From the NCBI GenBank assembly GCA_051294375.1, contig CM119267.1, positions 177,409-241,408 on the forward strand: a DNA stretch of 64,000 bases. The letters are read 5' to 3'. A model generated the notes under the pieces. The model was not told where the DNA came from. It made no database searches and saw only the letters and a list, made by a program, of their open reading frames with translations. The translations under genes were made by a program, and so were the position numbers. The stretch is from Paraspadella gotoi (Eukaryota; Animalia; Chaetognatha). Within the stretch, counting starts at the first letter, position 1; each line of letters opens with the position of its first letter. This document shows, in pieces, positions 21,546-35,815 of this stretch.

Positions 21546-24500
21546 TTCATAATTTATAAATAGTTCATTTGGTTGATAAGAAGACTCGAGATCCTTGGAT
21601 CTCAATACAGCCAATTTCCTCTTCGAGGTCATTCACATGCTACGTTATAGTAGAATTGGGAGACCTACATATTATTTTTTATTACAGCTTAAAGCATAAA
21701 GAACCATGGTCCAAATTCAGTTATTGGCAAAACATATAAAACCTTGAGCTTAATTATACTACATATTTCCTAAAATTCTCACTTAGGAAGATATCATTAA
21801 TTATGTGTATAAATAATTCTTGCAATAGGCCTAGTTGTTGTTTGTTGAGTTTACACAATATAAATTATATTAGAAATCTTCTAACATTCTTTAATTTGTT
21901 TTTAAATATCATCCCTCCAAAAAATTAGAGAACATGCTAATGGGTCATAGCAAGGCGTAAATGGACACTTATCACCCGCATCATGTGTGTTTTCCGCACA
22001 AAATGAGGTGTGCCGCAATTTCCAATGGAAATTCACCAAGTCTCAACATATTTCGGACCAACTCTCACATCGCACAATGTGCTCCTGAGGGCTTACTCAT
22101 ATGGAATCACTTTCCTTTTAGCAATTGCCGAGAAATCCGTCACTTAACATTGCCAATTGGTTGTCCGTCCTATAAAGGCAATATAAATTGGACGTAAACT
22201 GGGTGTCTAATTCGTGCCTGGATAGTTGAACTGCCAAACAGCCCTTTTACTGCCCCTTCAAGAACACAAAAATGTAGGGACTCAAACCGTTTAATTCCGC
22301 CTTTCAGATAATATAACGTGCACCTATTGTTTCTGAGTGCTTAAATGCATTGTTAGATTAGCAATCTGATAGTGGGTTATTGTGCATCCAAAGTTTAAGT
22401 AAAGTATACTGAGATGCATCAAGTGTCATAATGAGAGCTTCTTATAGTAGGTAAATCCAATAATTTGTAGCCATAAAATTTTTACACATTAGTTTCTTCC
22501 ATTTGATCATGCCACCATTCTCATGAGATTGTTATAATTCATTCTGTATAATATCGATATATAGTAACTTTCAAACAAAAAACTATTCTAGAGCAAACTT
22601 AAGAAAAATAATTTATTTCAAATACCACAAAGCAGATAACTGTAGCGATACACATGAGGAATTTTTTTAGAGTGATATTAAAAAAAATTTTTTGCATACA
22701 TGTTCTGACAGCTAGTTATATCGTTTCCACTCTAAGGCATGCTCAGGTTTATTAAATTGCAAGGAGACTTTGTGTGAAATTGGACAAATTAAAAGACATA
22801 ACATTCTATTTCATATAAGAGGAGTAGGTAGCTATACTCGCGAAAGTGAAAAGAGACTATGTGTGAAAAAAATCTAGCTATGGCCTAGTCCCACAAACTT
22901 ATGCCAAAGTAACAACGGCAAAATTTTGTTGTAAATGCGTTCTAATCTTTGGAAGAAAAATAGAATAGTTGACTAATGTGATTGTTCGTAAAAGCCACAT
23001 GTTACAACATGTTAGAATCCCGCTTATAATAAATACACGGAAGACGTCCAGGACGCTCTCCTTTTTTATGACACTTCCGATACACACGTTCCAAACAGGG
23101 GCAGAAACTGAACGTCTCGCTATCTAAAAGAGCATGTAAGTGCCGGCATGAGCTTCGAGTGTCGTAATGCAGTGTTATATTAGCAACGGATAGGGTGACC
23201 CATGTCCGCTTTCAAGGTTAGGTAATACGTGTATCAGTGGCAGAAAGAGTAACGTCTCACTGCATTGCGGCGAAATTCTCATATCCTCCATTGAGTGTGC
23301 ATGTACTTCTGGCTGAAGGAATCCGATTTAGCCATATCTCGAAGGTGATAGAAGGAATTGTTATATGGGTATTACTAATCCTTGAACTGCGGTTTAGAGA
23401 AGTTTAGGGAAGACCGTGGGGCTTAGAACGCGACAGAAATATTTATTAGATCAATAACTTAAAAATGAAGCGGGAGATACGGGGACCAGGTGAGCAGAAG
23501 AAGTGGGGTGAAAACTAGTAATTGACCGGAGACGGGGGGGAACGGGGACCGTAGGGCAGTGAAAGGTAGCGACGAAACGCAGAATCGAGCGCAGAAAATC
23601 GTTCTGGGATATTATTCACTAGAGACAAGGCTGAAAGATTGATACATAGAGGTGCAGAAATATGGTTCCGACGTCTGACGGAATCTTGTGGAAGGCAAAT
23701 GCGGTCCCTCGCCGATGCGCAACCCTTTAACTTGGCAGGTTGATGTGGTCTTCACGACTGTTAAAATATATACAATCATTGATAACATCTTACTCTATAT
23801 CGCGAACGTTTTTATGTTAAGGCTCATTTTAGAAATACCTACCCGGCGGATTTTTAATTTTCTCTTATCGGGTGATGTTAGGTTGTCAATATTGCAAAGC
23901 GAGATAGACGGTGCACATGGATTCAATAAGGTGCATAAATACATGCACGGACGCGCAACAAGGGATGAGCCATTGATCTCGTGGAGATTCTGTCACGTGG
24001 CGCCAATACCGAACCCCGTGTCGCCATTCTCAACGTTGTTCTCTAGCCCTCAGTGATTCGCCCTCCCCCTACCCCTGTCGAGAGAACGAAGGACAGAGTC
24101 AGAAGAAGTCCGAGGGGGGCTCTGTGTAAGAGAGCAGACCACATGCACCCCTCATTCACAAGCCAGACTCTGTGGTGCAAAACCTTGTACTCACGCCCAC
24201 ATCGCTTCACTTCAGTCGCCTCTGCTTCATAAGGTGGCGCTCGGAAAGGAGTTCCGATGTTTTTTTCTTTTCATAACGTTGCAAAATTTGCCCTTTAACA
24301 TTCGACCCGCTTCTTATTCCTTTTTGGTTAAACGTTTAGCATGATTTATATAAATCCTGCTTCTGTGTTGCTTTCCTGTCTTTTTTATTAAATACCTGCT
24401 ATCAATTTTTCCAGTTCCTCTATAAGTTCATCTAATAACAACCTTTTATCTCACACCGTCACTTATTATCCATTAATGCGTAAAGTGTTTTTATTGGCGC

Positions 24501-25300
24501 CATTGATGCCACAAATCTACCATAACTTTGAACAACAGATTATTTTGATTATTATTCCCCACTTCATTAAATTTTATCTAACAGATCCTTTCACGTTTCC
24601 CATTAAACCTACTGGATGTAACTCGGCCTTTCCAAATATTATGATATGTACTTATTATACAACACTACCAGAGTAGTTGAAATACTTTTTCATCATCAGA
24701 TCTCGTTCATACCTCTAGCTGTCTGGTCTGGATATTCCGCATATTTAATAGTTTTATCACCACTCACCCTTCAGTAAAACCACAAAAATGACTCTGATGA
24801 ACTCCGCGTATGAAACCGAATGAACACTTTCCCATTCTGCTCTTTCGATCACAAAGGCTACCTCCTTTAACATTTGATCTGGACGTTTGAAAAAAGGGCG
24901 AAATGTAATTTATAATTGGCTTCCTCAACACTTCCTCTGTCGCAGTCTTCTTGCAACCACCCTTCTTATTTTTTGATTCTCCTGTGAGACTTCTTTGCAG
25001 CTTCCTCTCTTAAGGATGGCTGTGTCTTAGCTACAATGACTGAGGTTGTTGTGAAAGTGAATTCTAATGGCTGTGTTGCCCTCATACCAATTTTGGCCCA
25101 TCGTTTTTTACATTTCCAGAAAAGAGGCACATATGGCGTAAAAACCCAGAAGACATGTCGTTTCGCTGTTTTTAATTGTTTTAGATTGTGTGCGCACGTT
25201 AAGATAATTCGTAACTCTCCTCGAAGCATTTTGGTGGTTTTACTGTTTCCTTGATCTCTATTACATTGTTCTCTGCAATTTTATAAATTATACTAAATTT
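21476..25300 (-). other. insertion-riddled reverse-complement copy of ~16650-18050 (probable low-quality long read)
   Basis: 22040-22175 TCTCAACATATTTCGGACCAACTCTCAC...GCTCCTGAGG...CACTTAACA...CCAATTGG matches the reverse complement of ~17605-17712; 21600-21730 matches the reverse complement of ~17870-17970. The 22.6-24.9 kb part is too noisy to align by eye. Confidence 0.75.
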
Positions 25301-25349
25301 CCTGGCTCGGCGTCGCGTCCTTGGTGTATTACGTTACTTGCTTTCGAGG

Positions 25350-28300
25350 ATGGTGTGCGTAAAGATGAAGACATAAGTAGTTCAATGTAAAAGAAGTAAG
25401 TGAGATAGTTAACAATTTTAGGGTGTATACGATATTGCTTGTTCGTAGTTACGCGTGCGTCTCAGATAATAACTAGGCACTCATTGTACTTTGCGCGTTC
25501 AGAAAAATTTTTTATCCTGGCACACTCCAATCTATTCACAGCCTTGCCAAAGGATTGCAAAAGAGCTTAATATATAGATGAGGGGGGAGGAGTTTTTCAA
25601 CCGTTACCTATGTAATTGTGGTGAGCACAAAAAAACATGTTTTCAATTTTTGAGAGGACATACTCGGATATGATTTGTGGTACTTTGTTATGACTAATGG
25701 AGATGTACTCTCTTTACGAAATCGATTACAGCTTATTTACTTGCACCTGTCCATAGGTCGTTGAGCCCGAGACTACCAGATATTTTGGTGGTTTTTGTGA
25801 TTATGATCCACGTCAGATGGAGGACATTTATGTTTGTTGAGTGTATTGGATACATGTGAATCATAAAACTGAAATAATTATGGATACCTGTGGTCACGGC
25901 TTGTATGAGCGGCATTTAGTTCTTAAATTGAATATTTACAACTATTTTGTGATAAAAATTTATTGTAGTGGAGAGGAAGTTAACAATAGACAAAAGAGAA
26001 CTCGGGCTGTGGTAGCACGCAACTGCCATAGATATGACGCCTAGGGTGTAGAGTGAAAACGGTCCAGTGTTAAGCAGCAAAAAATGATGAGAAGATGATG
26101 ACTAATAGTCAATACTCGTGTTGTAACAAATTTATTTTTTCATCTCCCCTTCGTGATTATAGTCTTTACTATTTTCTATATGAGAGAATATGATTGTGAA
26201 ATAGACTGATGAATATGTTAGAGTATTTTGATAATAGCGTCATGAAATGATCCTAAACGTAGTAAATAGGCGCAAAAAATCACGAAACACCAATTGTATA
26301 GGTGTAAGATTTGCAAGGAGATACGTGGTGTCAAAGTCTCAATGTTTTGAAAAAGAGGTTCATTTTGCCTTTCAATGGTTTTTTCTTTGTGTGAATAAGT
26401 AAGAGATATTGTGGGTATAATATATGTTATACGGAGCGGTGAATATCAAAGACATAGAGCGGAGGTATAGGGATCGAGTGTTTTGTAATGTGGTGTGTAG
26501 GAACTACAAGAAATTCAAAGTCTTATATGGTGGCTAATATGCGTCACTCAGCCAATTAAGGCTCATGGCAATATAAGAAACATCATAATAAATATAAATC
26601 CAATCCATTGAAGCAATTATCCTACTACCCGAGAAAAAGAGAAAACTAGCATCAATGAATGTGAAACGACCATAGACAATACTAGTACTCTCTAAGGAAG
26701 TATACCTTCACAATCAAAAGGAATATCTCAAAAAGAAAGTCAAACACTATTAAAACACATATCGATTTAATTGGACTAAACCTACCTCACTTGATAGGGT
26801 CAATGTGGGATAATTCAAGGGTATACGAAATGGCAATAAAATCAAATTTACATGGAGAGCACCAGTTGACTTTGGAGGAATTTGATAGCTTAAAGTAAAT
26901 GTTGAAATCTGGTATCCAGATAAAAAAGAGAGGTTTTATCATGATTGCTATGATTCAAAGTCTCTTTACGGTGTAGAAAGTTTTGAAAACATACATATTA
27001 TAAATTCTAGTTTTATATATAATGGTTATAGGTACATGTTGATGTTATTGGAAGAAGCTAAAAAGACAAGAGATATTGGGAGATATTAGGAGCACACCAG
27101 AGTTTGGTCTGTTTAGACGTAAGAGATGTATATCGGTCTGTGTAGACACAGGAAGGACTGTACCAGTCAGCATCAGGAAGTCCATTGTGTGCGAGGGGGA
27201 GCATATTGGAGTTAAGAGCCGAGGCAATTAGATGTATAAAGATAAGTGCATCATGCATAGTGACAGGCACAGCCTTTTGTGATGTGAAACTCTGGAGGTT
27301 TGATGACATGGGGGCAGTAAACGTGAATTTAACTTAGAAAAATTTATTCATACATAGTCTATTTAAACGATTAGGTTTTCTGAAGAAATGTAAGATCCAC
27401 AAATAGGTAGAGATCTAAATCCTATTGTGGTCCAACAACGGGCAGCTATTTGGAGTTATCTCTTAGAGTAATAAATACTATGTGTGTGTTATTTTTTGAG
27501 ATATATATGTGAAATCAGTAGGCGAGATTACTGATAAGAATATTTAGTGCAAATATATTCCGTGTTGTTCTAAGTTATAATGGCTTAAAAAAATATATTG
27601 GTGTAGCTCAATTACAATAAGATATTCACCTCCATAGTATGTTTAGAATACTGAGCTATACACCCACAAAAATTAGGTGTAAAACACTCTGCGATATTTT
27701 GGGAGTGAGGCCCCTGATTAGTCAAAATATGTGAGTGTGGTTTATAACCCACTTGATACGCTATGGATTATAAGTCGGTATTACAGAATATTAACTGGAA
27801 ATTATATTTTAATACACCATAACCTCTTAAATAAATGAACTATTGGACCAGTTCCTGCTGTTGTCCAGTCTGTTTTTTGTTTGGCAAGCATTTATAAAAG
27901 ACGATTCGCAGCACACTAACCATTATAAGGCAATTACTGCAGTAAGTGTGGAGATTCAATTTGACAGAGGTAAGAATGTCCGCATGAAAAAACATTACGG
28001 AGGCTCCTATACTATATCTCATTGCAGGTACCATATGTGAAATTAGGTACATGTTTTTGTTTTATCTTTTTTTTAAACTAACCAAGGCATAATTTACTAA
28101 TTAGAGATATACTCACAGGCACAAGGTGTAAACCGCCTAAACATAATGTCTTATGTGTTTTATCTCCTTACTTTCGCTTAAATGTCTTAGTTGGAAAACC
28201 ATTACATCAGTTTTATATGTATTGATCTTGTTGGTGTGTCTCTTGATCTTACGCAGCCAGATAAATCTATGTCAGTTACAATAGATGAACTTTAAATATT

Positions 28301-31300
28301 CACTACAATATCTTTGAAATTGGGAAATTACAATATTACAACTGGATAATTGATAATTGGGCAACAAAAGAAAATTCTAAAGTAGATAGACTCAGATAAG
28401 AAGAATTAATGATTGATAGTTTCGTGTTTCTATCCATTGACCCATTGACTAAATATAAAATCAGTTCACTAACTTACTAGTTCGCATTCCCAGTATAGAT
28501 GTGTGCTCTAATAGCGCAAAAAAACTGTGTATAAATATGCCGATGTCTTGAGAGTAACCTGAGAATATTATGACAATGATCATCCCCACAGCTTAGAGTA
28601 TGCTAAAGAGTTCTGGTTTCTGATGGGTCACTCTTAATTTACTTCAGCTCCTTTCATAGGACATATCATATTCTAGTGTAGACGCAGGTGTCCCATGACT
28701 GGAATTTAACTTAGGAATTGGTCTCGTATCTGCTTTTGCAGTGTAAGGAACCAAGCCCGAGCAACGATGGAAAGGGAAGTATTTGATTGCTTAAATAAAA
28801 TACAATTATGAAATCACACATTGTAACCATAATACAGACGCTGATTCTATATATAAGATGTTGCTTATCGTCATGAATTAGTTATATATTTGAAAATATA
28901 CATGCTCAGCAGCTCTGTGTTATTGATAAATTATGACTTCAAAAGCTGGTACAGCAAGATATATCTGATACTTGTTCAATATGCTAGTTTTGATACGGTC
29001 AAAGGCGGGCAATTACACATTTATTCGATAAGTTTGCGTTTAATCGGCAAAAGTGATAACTATAAAATTTTATTTTGATCAAGAGTTCGGGTAATATAGA
29101 TCTTGCTCTCTGGTTTTTGGATCAGAACTGATCTCCAGCGTCCGCAGTGAAGACATAAAACTAACGAGTACAGGAAGTTATGGAATAAGAGTTTTGCCGA
29201 CAGAATAAGTATTAGCTTGTCCTGGACTCAAGTAAACGAAACGATGGTTGGCCTAGCCAACTATACCAAGGTTATAAGTAAGTTTGGTACAAAAGTGCAA
29301 AAACAAACATTGATAATTAATTCTGAGCACTAACCAAAAGCATTTTTTATTTTGTTGATAATAAATTTTTATTAAAATGAACTTCGTATGTGCACGAGCA
29401 CCCTGACCTTTGGAATTTAAATCTTGTAACTTGAGAGAGGGGAGAAAAGCGAATTGGCACACACCAAGGAGTCTACATACTTCCAGTTATGGGAAGATTC
29501 CCTTGCTCTTGTCGATACAACTGTTCTAATAGATATACACATATTCGGTCTCGAGAAGTCGTAATTAAAGCCTCAAGGAAACTCCATAAGTGAAAGAAAT
29601 ATATTACTAGATACTTAGTGGCGCTGTACAGTGATTGCTCATCCTGGGTGAGGTTATATGTGTCGCTCTCAGTGGAATCGCTTAACGATAAGTTTATACT
29701 CAAATATATAAGTAACATAAGAATAAAAATAGGCATCTAAGAGGTCAGTGAAAAGTAGAAGGCTGATTTTTTTTAGAAATTGCATTCTTTTCTTGTCATA
29801 ATTGGCGTTTTATTGTTTGTAAGCCTGTACAGAAGGTATTTCGAAACTGGCAGTCAAATCCAAGTTCTATTCGATTCCTTATGAAAATAAAGCTGTCAAG
29901 GAAATACCTTATTCGCAGGGAAACAATCACTTCTTTTCCGCATTAATTCAAGCTAAAAACATTATTGGTTTGCTGGTGAATCATAACCATATTACAAAAG
30001 ATTCTGTTCTGCAATGTTGGAGGTCCACTACCTCTGGCCTCGTAGGGCCATGTAAAGAAATCCGTGAGGTTACTCCAGAAAATTTAGTATTAAACTTAGA
30101 ATGTGCAACTCACCAAAAATGACTCTGGTATGGCTTCATCCAACCAATTTACGAGAGTGTGATAACTCTTCTGCTCACATAGAAAGAAAAATATTCAAAC
30201 AAGTGAAAGATGATTGTTGAATTTTTAGATATAAATTTCTTAGAAGACTTTATTAGACATAGTTTAGAGAAAACACATTGTAGGGGCGTGGTGAGTGTGA
30301 GAGTGTGTTGCGCCAGTGAAGAGTTGCAGGGAACTTCATTCTCATGAAAAAGATATTGGAATTTATCTTTGTCCATTTTGAGGGCGTAGATCTTGAAATA
30401 TGGCCTAATTAAAAACAAATGCATTTATCACTATAAAATTGAGGTATGATGGTGGGGTATATTGGCTAGTAGCTTGAGGATCTCCGGTTATATTGGTTTC
30501 GTTAAAATTTTGTTTTAAATAAATATTAAATATTTTTTGGCATTTATAAAAGCAATGGTCGATAAATTTGTAAGCGTTTCAGGCTTAATATTGTTATCCT
30601 TTATTTACCCTATTTTTGAATTAGTTAGTTTTTGTTGAGGGTCATGGGTTATGGTCGATACAGACATTGGTGCCGTAGCTGGGTATACTCGCGGACAGTA
30701 TTACCTACAAGTGTAGGTTTACTTTCCCGATGGTGAAATCCTTACTTGTCAGGACCCTAACTCTGATTCGCCAACTTTCTTCGAGATTCCTGTATGATGA
30801 TTTGACCGATAATTCAGTCTATAATCTTTAACTTGGAAATGTCCTGGGGCTGAAGTTGTGGTAATGTACTTGTAGGGGGAGGGGGTAGGCATTCGTAGAT
30901 AGTAGTAATTCTATGTCCTCAAGTTGAGTCTGTTCACGCTTGAAAGGCGGGTTGTGAGAAATTGATTTTGTGCAATTGGTGTCCTATTTGTGGTATATAT
31001 TAGTATATTACTATTACGATTTTGCGGATCAGAAAACTGTATCGTAATCATATCGGTGTGGCACGGATGGATGATGGTTTGGTTGTATTTTTCGTGTCGT
31101 TTTGATGGTTTTTTTCGAGGATTAGATCATTTTTCTTGATAGTTATCTATAGTTTCATGTCTCGGGATAATTAATCGTTATAGATATTGTGTCCTGCATG
31201 GGATCATATATATATGTTTTATTTTTTATTCATGTACAATCATAACGGAAATGGTAGTGAGAAGACTGGGTATATATAAGGTGGTCTGTAAATCACTCAT

Positions 31301-34300
31301 CTTCTCAGAAGCAGGTTCTTAAAATAAAGAGTAATTAATTCAGTAATACCTTCAATTAGGAAATGTCATGGGCTCTAAATGTGTTTGCTTTTATTTTCAA
31401 TTTTAGTTTAGAAATTATCTTTGTAAAAAAGTAGAATAAGGCCTTCACATCTTTGATGATCATGATGCCGAATTAATAATTTTCTCTCGCGCGCAATTTG
31501 AAGACAAACAAGGAGAAAGTCTGGAGTCCAATCCGGGAGTGCTCACAACATAACTGTTTGGACCCCGTTAAGTGATATTAAAAAAACCATAGAGGAGAAT
31601 AAAGGATTAACTAGTCAAACAGAGATTTTGTTATATTTAAATTTAGAATATATACATAATATTTACTGTGTGTAAAAAAGAATTAAGATTTCATAAGACA
31701 GGGGGTCATGGCCGGCCAGGTCATACTTTAATTGTATTGTTAACTGTATTACTTGTTAACTAAGTGGATGAGTTTGGCTGTCTATAAAGGTTTAGAGTCG
31801 AAATGCAGAAATCTTGAGATGTACACGTTTGTGGTTCTGTTACTCTAGGATGTGATCCTGGTCGAGCGCTTTCTTTTCATTCATGTTGTAATATTTATTT
31901 CATAGTGTTTTAGTAAATTCTCGCTCTCCTATATATTTGAATAAGTTAATTCCTCATAGTATATAGTTTTTGGTTTCGAAAGCATGTGGGGCTTTGGGCG
32001 GGAAATCAGTATTATCTGATTATCATATTATTAATGGGTAATTTAGGGTAGTTAACTCCTTATTTTCCTAGAATCCGGTGCTAAGATATGGGTTCGTAAT
32101 TCATAAAATGTGTTGAAAACGAATATGCCTTTAATGGTTTAGCATAGACTTTATTCAAGGGAAAAGTACGTCAAATCAACAGTCATACTCAAGATTGAGT
32201 TATAGCACCATATCCATGGCTATAGAAGACTTGAGAGACTCAAAACGCCTATTTTTTCTCTTCGTCTTGACGTCGATAAGCAAAAGGCGTCGCGTTCCAG
32301 AACCGGATCGGCTGTGTTACCTTTCGCTATATGGAGACAGAAAAGACGCCGCTAAGCATTTCTGAATCGACGATACTGTACTTGAATTCGCCTCTTATTT
32401 ACGCTCGGACGGTTAGCTAACACTCTCTCGGATTTTTCATTTGTGTTTCATAACCAATATAATTGGACATTGTTCGATAATTTCAGAGGAGTGGAGTTGC
32501 GCGATATATAATATGATAAAATGTAACTTCAATTTAAAGTAGGATTATTTTGTTGGTCTAAACTTATAAACATATCTACTGCACAGAGAGAAGGAGTCGA
32601 TGGCGTGTATTTGGATTCATATGTGTTCCATTCGTAGCTCCACTTGTGGGTGTTTAATACACTTTAGGTACAATGGCCTTTGTTTGTTTCTAATCACTTT
32701 GTTCCTAAACCTTAGACTAATTAAATGCCCACCTCTTGACCTCTTGAACCACAATGATATATGTGATCTATTACATCATCTTTTTTCATATTTATGTACT
32801 AACTGCGCATAGTCCGTATTAGAGTTCTTGATTTTGTTCCAAATATTAAGGACTTATTTTTTGGAAACTGTTAGAAAGAGTATGTCCCGGCTGAGGAGAG
32901 AACTGGGTGCAGATGTCGCTCATCTAGTGAAGTAGTGAATGTGATGACTCTCATTGGTTCTGTAGTTCGGTGGTTTTTCTCTTTCTGACTGCATGTGTCG
33001 CCCAATTGTGGTATTTCTGTACTTCGTGACTATCCCGGCGGTTGGCTTGGCTACCATGTGGTGCTATTCAACCGCAGGGTTCCCATACTCTATATGTGTC
33101 AAAGAAAGGAACGTGTTATGGACACTGCTAAAAGGAGGGTTTGGAAACCCCGAATAAGATACCATAGTCGAGTTTTCGGACGAATAAGACAGTAACATAT
33201 TGGAGAGGAGCTGAAAGAGCTTAGTGTGTATCTCATACAAAGGAGTAGTATAATAATTTATAATACTTAATTACACTGCATTACAACCCTAGTGATGGTA
33301 ACATATTATTGTTTAGAGACTGGAGTCATTCTCGCATAATGTAGAAGTGTCTCGGTAACTAAAATCTATAAGTTCACTATTTATTTGTAAGCCTTTCTAA
33401 GCTGTTTCAATTAGTGTTTCGATTGGGTATAGAGATAATTATTGTATTTACTTTATATTGGTAGGACTCAATCATTGGTAAATTTCGATAGAGCTGGATC
33501 AGATCGAGTTGTAATTTAATAATAGTGGACAAATGTTTAAACAAATGAACGACTAAATTGGTAGGGACAGTTAGTTTTATCATTGCAAAAGCTGAATCGA
33601 AGAGCGCAGCAGCTAGTGGGGTGACCAAGGTTAAATTGATGGACACAGTCCGTAGTGTAAGGTAAATAACTTCGTAGATAGTTTTTAGGATAATAAATGT
33701 CTTATAGTCTTTTGATAGTGAGTCTTTCAGATATTCTTTTATATAATTAATCTCTTTTATGAGCTTTCTCGCTGACTAATAAAAACTACCTTTCAATTTT
33801 CCGGTGCGTTTGTGGTGATTTATATATTTTTTTTATACAATAGTAAGTTGAATGGTGCGGCATTTTTCTACCCTTTAAAAAAATCATGTAGAGTGTTGTT
33901 GATAGTAATTTATTTGGAAAAGGAATCCCAGTGTCAGTATTAATGGACAAAATACTATTTGTTTAATCTTAGAGGGATTAATGTTAAATATAATGTTACA
34001 GAATAAATAGTTGTTTGATAAATATGTCGAAATTCTCGGAAGATATAGATTAACAGACCATATACGCGTGAACTTATGATAAACTGTTTCTTTGTCACCC
34101 CTGTCGATTCAAGAGTGATTACTTGGGTCGCAGCTAGGCTCGCATTCCTATGATTAATGAACATCTATATCTTTTATATTGTGTCGCTGTCAAGATTTGG
34201 TAGTTCACGAAAAGAGTAACTACCACCGTAAAAACGTCCAGGCTATAGGATGTATACTGTATCTGTTCCAGGAATATGTTTTGCTTACTGGTTGTATGAT

Positions 34301-34589
34301 ACACATATCAATGTGGGTTTTTTTATCTAATAGATTGTTTTTTCCAAAGTTGTGTAAATAAGAAACAAACATATGCTGAAATGCAGCATAAATATACAAA
34401 TGTGGCTTTGGATGGGAAAGTTACAGCAGAAAAGCTGTTTGGAAAAAGTTAAAAACATCTGTTTATCGATGCCGGAAAAAGAAGTACTGCGTGTGATTAA
34501 TTGATACTAACAAACGCTTAAGCATTTGGCAGAGTATCGGCTTTAAGGAAACACGAGCTCACCACCGTGAAACACATTGAGCTTTTGAT
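25350..34589 (+). other. insertion-riddled forward copy of ~16650-21475 (probable low-quality long read, or degenerate pseudogene)
   Basis: Colinear anchors: 25545~16703, 26630~17192, 29215~18890, 30060~19440, 30765~19713, 34340-34589~21238-21475; roughly twice the original length because of random insertions. Confidence 0.85.
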
Positions 34590-34802
34590 CGAGGGAGGAG
34601 AGACAAAAAGCAGAATATGGATGGGAAAAACGAGTTCAATAGGTCATTGANNNNNNNNNNNNNNNNNNNNNNNNNGAACATCAAGAAAAAAGCCATTTTG
34701 ATTGAGAAGACCAACAGAGCTGGCTTTGATCCATGGGAACATTGGAGGCAAGGTAAAGACATGGAGGAATTTTGGAAAAGTGTCTTTGCCAGTAGGAAAT
34801 AA
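34590..34802 (+). CDS. probable true C-terminus of the FN3-GTPase (..LLIE-x-EE...W-EKRVQ-[gap]-NIKKKAILIEKTNRAGFDPWEHWRQGKDMEEFWKSVFASRK*)
   Basis: Continues from CACATTGAGCTTTTGAT, the exact point where the 16611 ORF diverges; clean ORF after the 25-N gap ends TAA at 34802, followed by AT-rich UTR-like sequence. Confidence 0.75.
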   Translation, partial: RGRRDKKQNMDGKNEFNRSLXXXXXXXXXNIKKKAILIEKTNRAGFDPWEHWRQGKDMEEFWKSVFASRK

Positions 34803-35503
34803 TGTTTTAGGTGACCATTAAAGCTTTTCACTCAAATTATCTTATTCATTAAATTAAAATTTTCGTTCCTTGATATTTCCAACATATTTTTTTTTTAGCC
34901 AAATCTCAAACGTCAAATATAAATGACAATTTTTAGTATTTGTTTTTAAAAAAGTAAAATAAATGAATAGAACAGAATTTTTCTATTTTGTTGAATACAT
35001 CTCATTGCCTATTAAACAAAATGAGTGTATTTTCTGTCTCGCAGTTTTTTCTTCTTTTTATTAATGTAGTACATACTTATTACTCTAAAAGCATTTTGTT
35101 GAATTCTTGTCCCAAAAAAATATTGTTTTAAGTACAAAATGAAAATGTTTACTATTAGATTTTAATTTTAATACGTAAATGAATTCCATATCATTGTAAA
35201 ACCGACAAACTCTAACTTTGTCGCAGCACAAACTTGAATTATAACCTGGCTTTTTTTAATGGTTTTATGCTATGTATGGAAATGTTAAAATTGATAAAGT
35301 TACCAATATATTGAAAAATGTTCTTTTTTATATTCCGTTTTTTATCTAGTACATGCTATTGTAAATTACGAAAAAATAAATTCCTGGTGCAATTAAATTT
35401 AATGTTCTTACGAGCACGAATAGCGTTTGTTATTACTTTACCAAATTAAAAAAGACAAAACATTCTAGCCGCTAGTTTATTTGATGAGTTTAACTCAACT
35501 CGC

Positions 35504-35815
35504 CTTGCTCCGGTGGGCGCCGCTTTTTGTCATAAGTGCTGAGCAGGGAATCGAGCAACGCCGTGATCTCGCTGAAGTTTTTCACGGCGCCATTTCGAGC
35601 CTCGATTCCGGCGTCATTTCCTATCGATCGATGAGCGCCGGCGCCCGTTCCATCCTCTTCAAGAGCGGCGTCGGTCAGTCGTTTCGCGGCGAGTTTGTCT
35701 CGATGAGCGCCGATTTTTTGAAGAGTGCCGGTTTTTTGAAGAGCGCCACTTCCGGTTTTGTGGCGTCGATTTTCGGAGGAAGGGAGAAAGAGGAGGGGAA
35801 GATCTTGAGGAGAAT
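35504..35815 (-). CDS. Cys-loop ligand-gated ion channel (GABA/glycine/GluCl-like) N-terminal exon
   Basis: Ends ...NFSEITALLDSLLSTYDKKRRPPEQG, the ILD.LL..YD.R.RP helix of Cys-loop receptors; acceptor CTTCGTCTCACAG; non-canonical donor AAG|GCGAGT, phase 1. Confidence 0.7.

Noticed and set aside
21961-34361. Many 60-120 aa ORFs as novel small genes
   Set aside because: They lie in the garbled copies of the FN3-GTPase exon.
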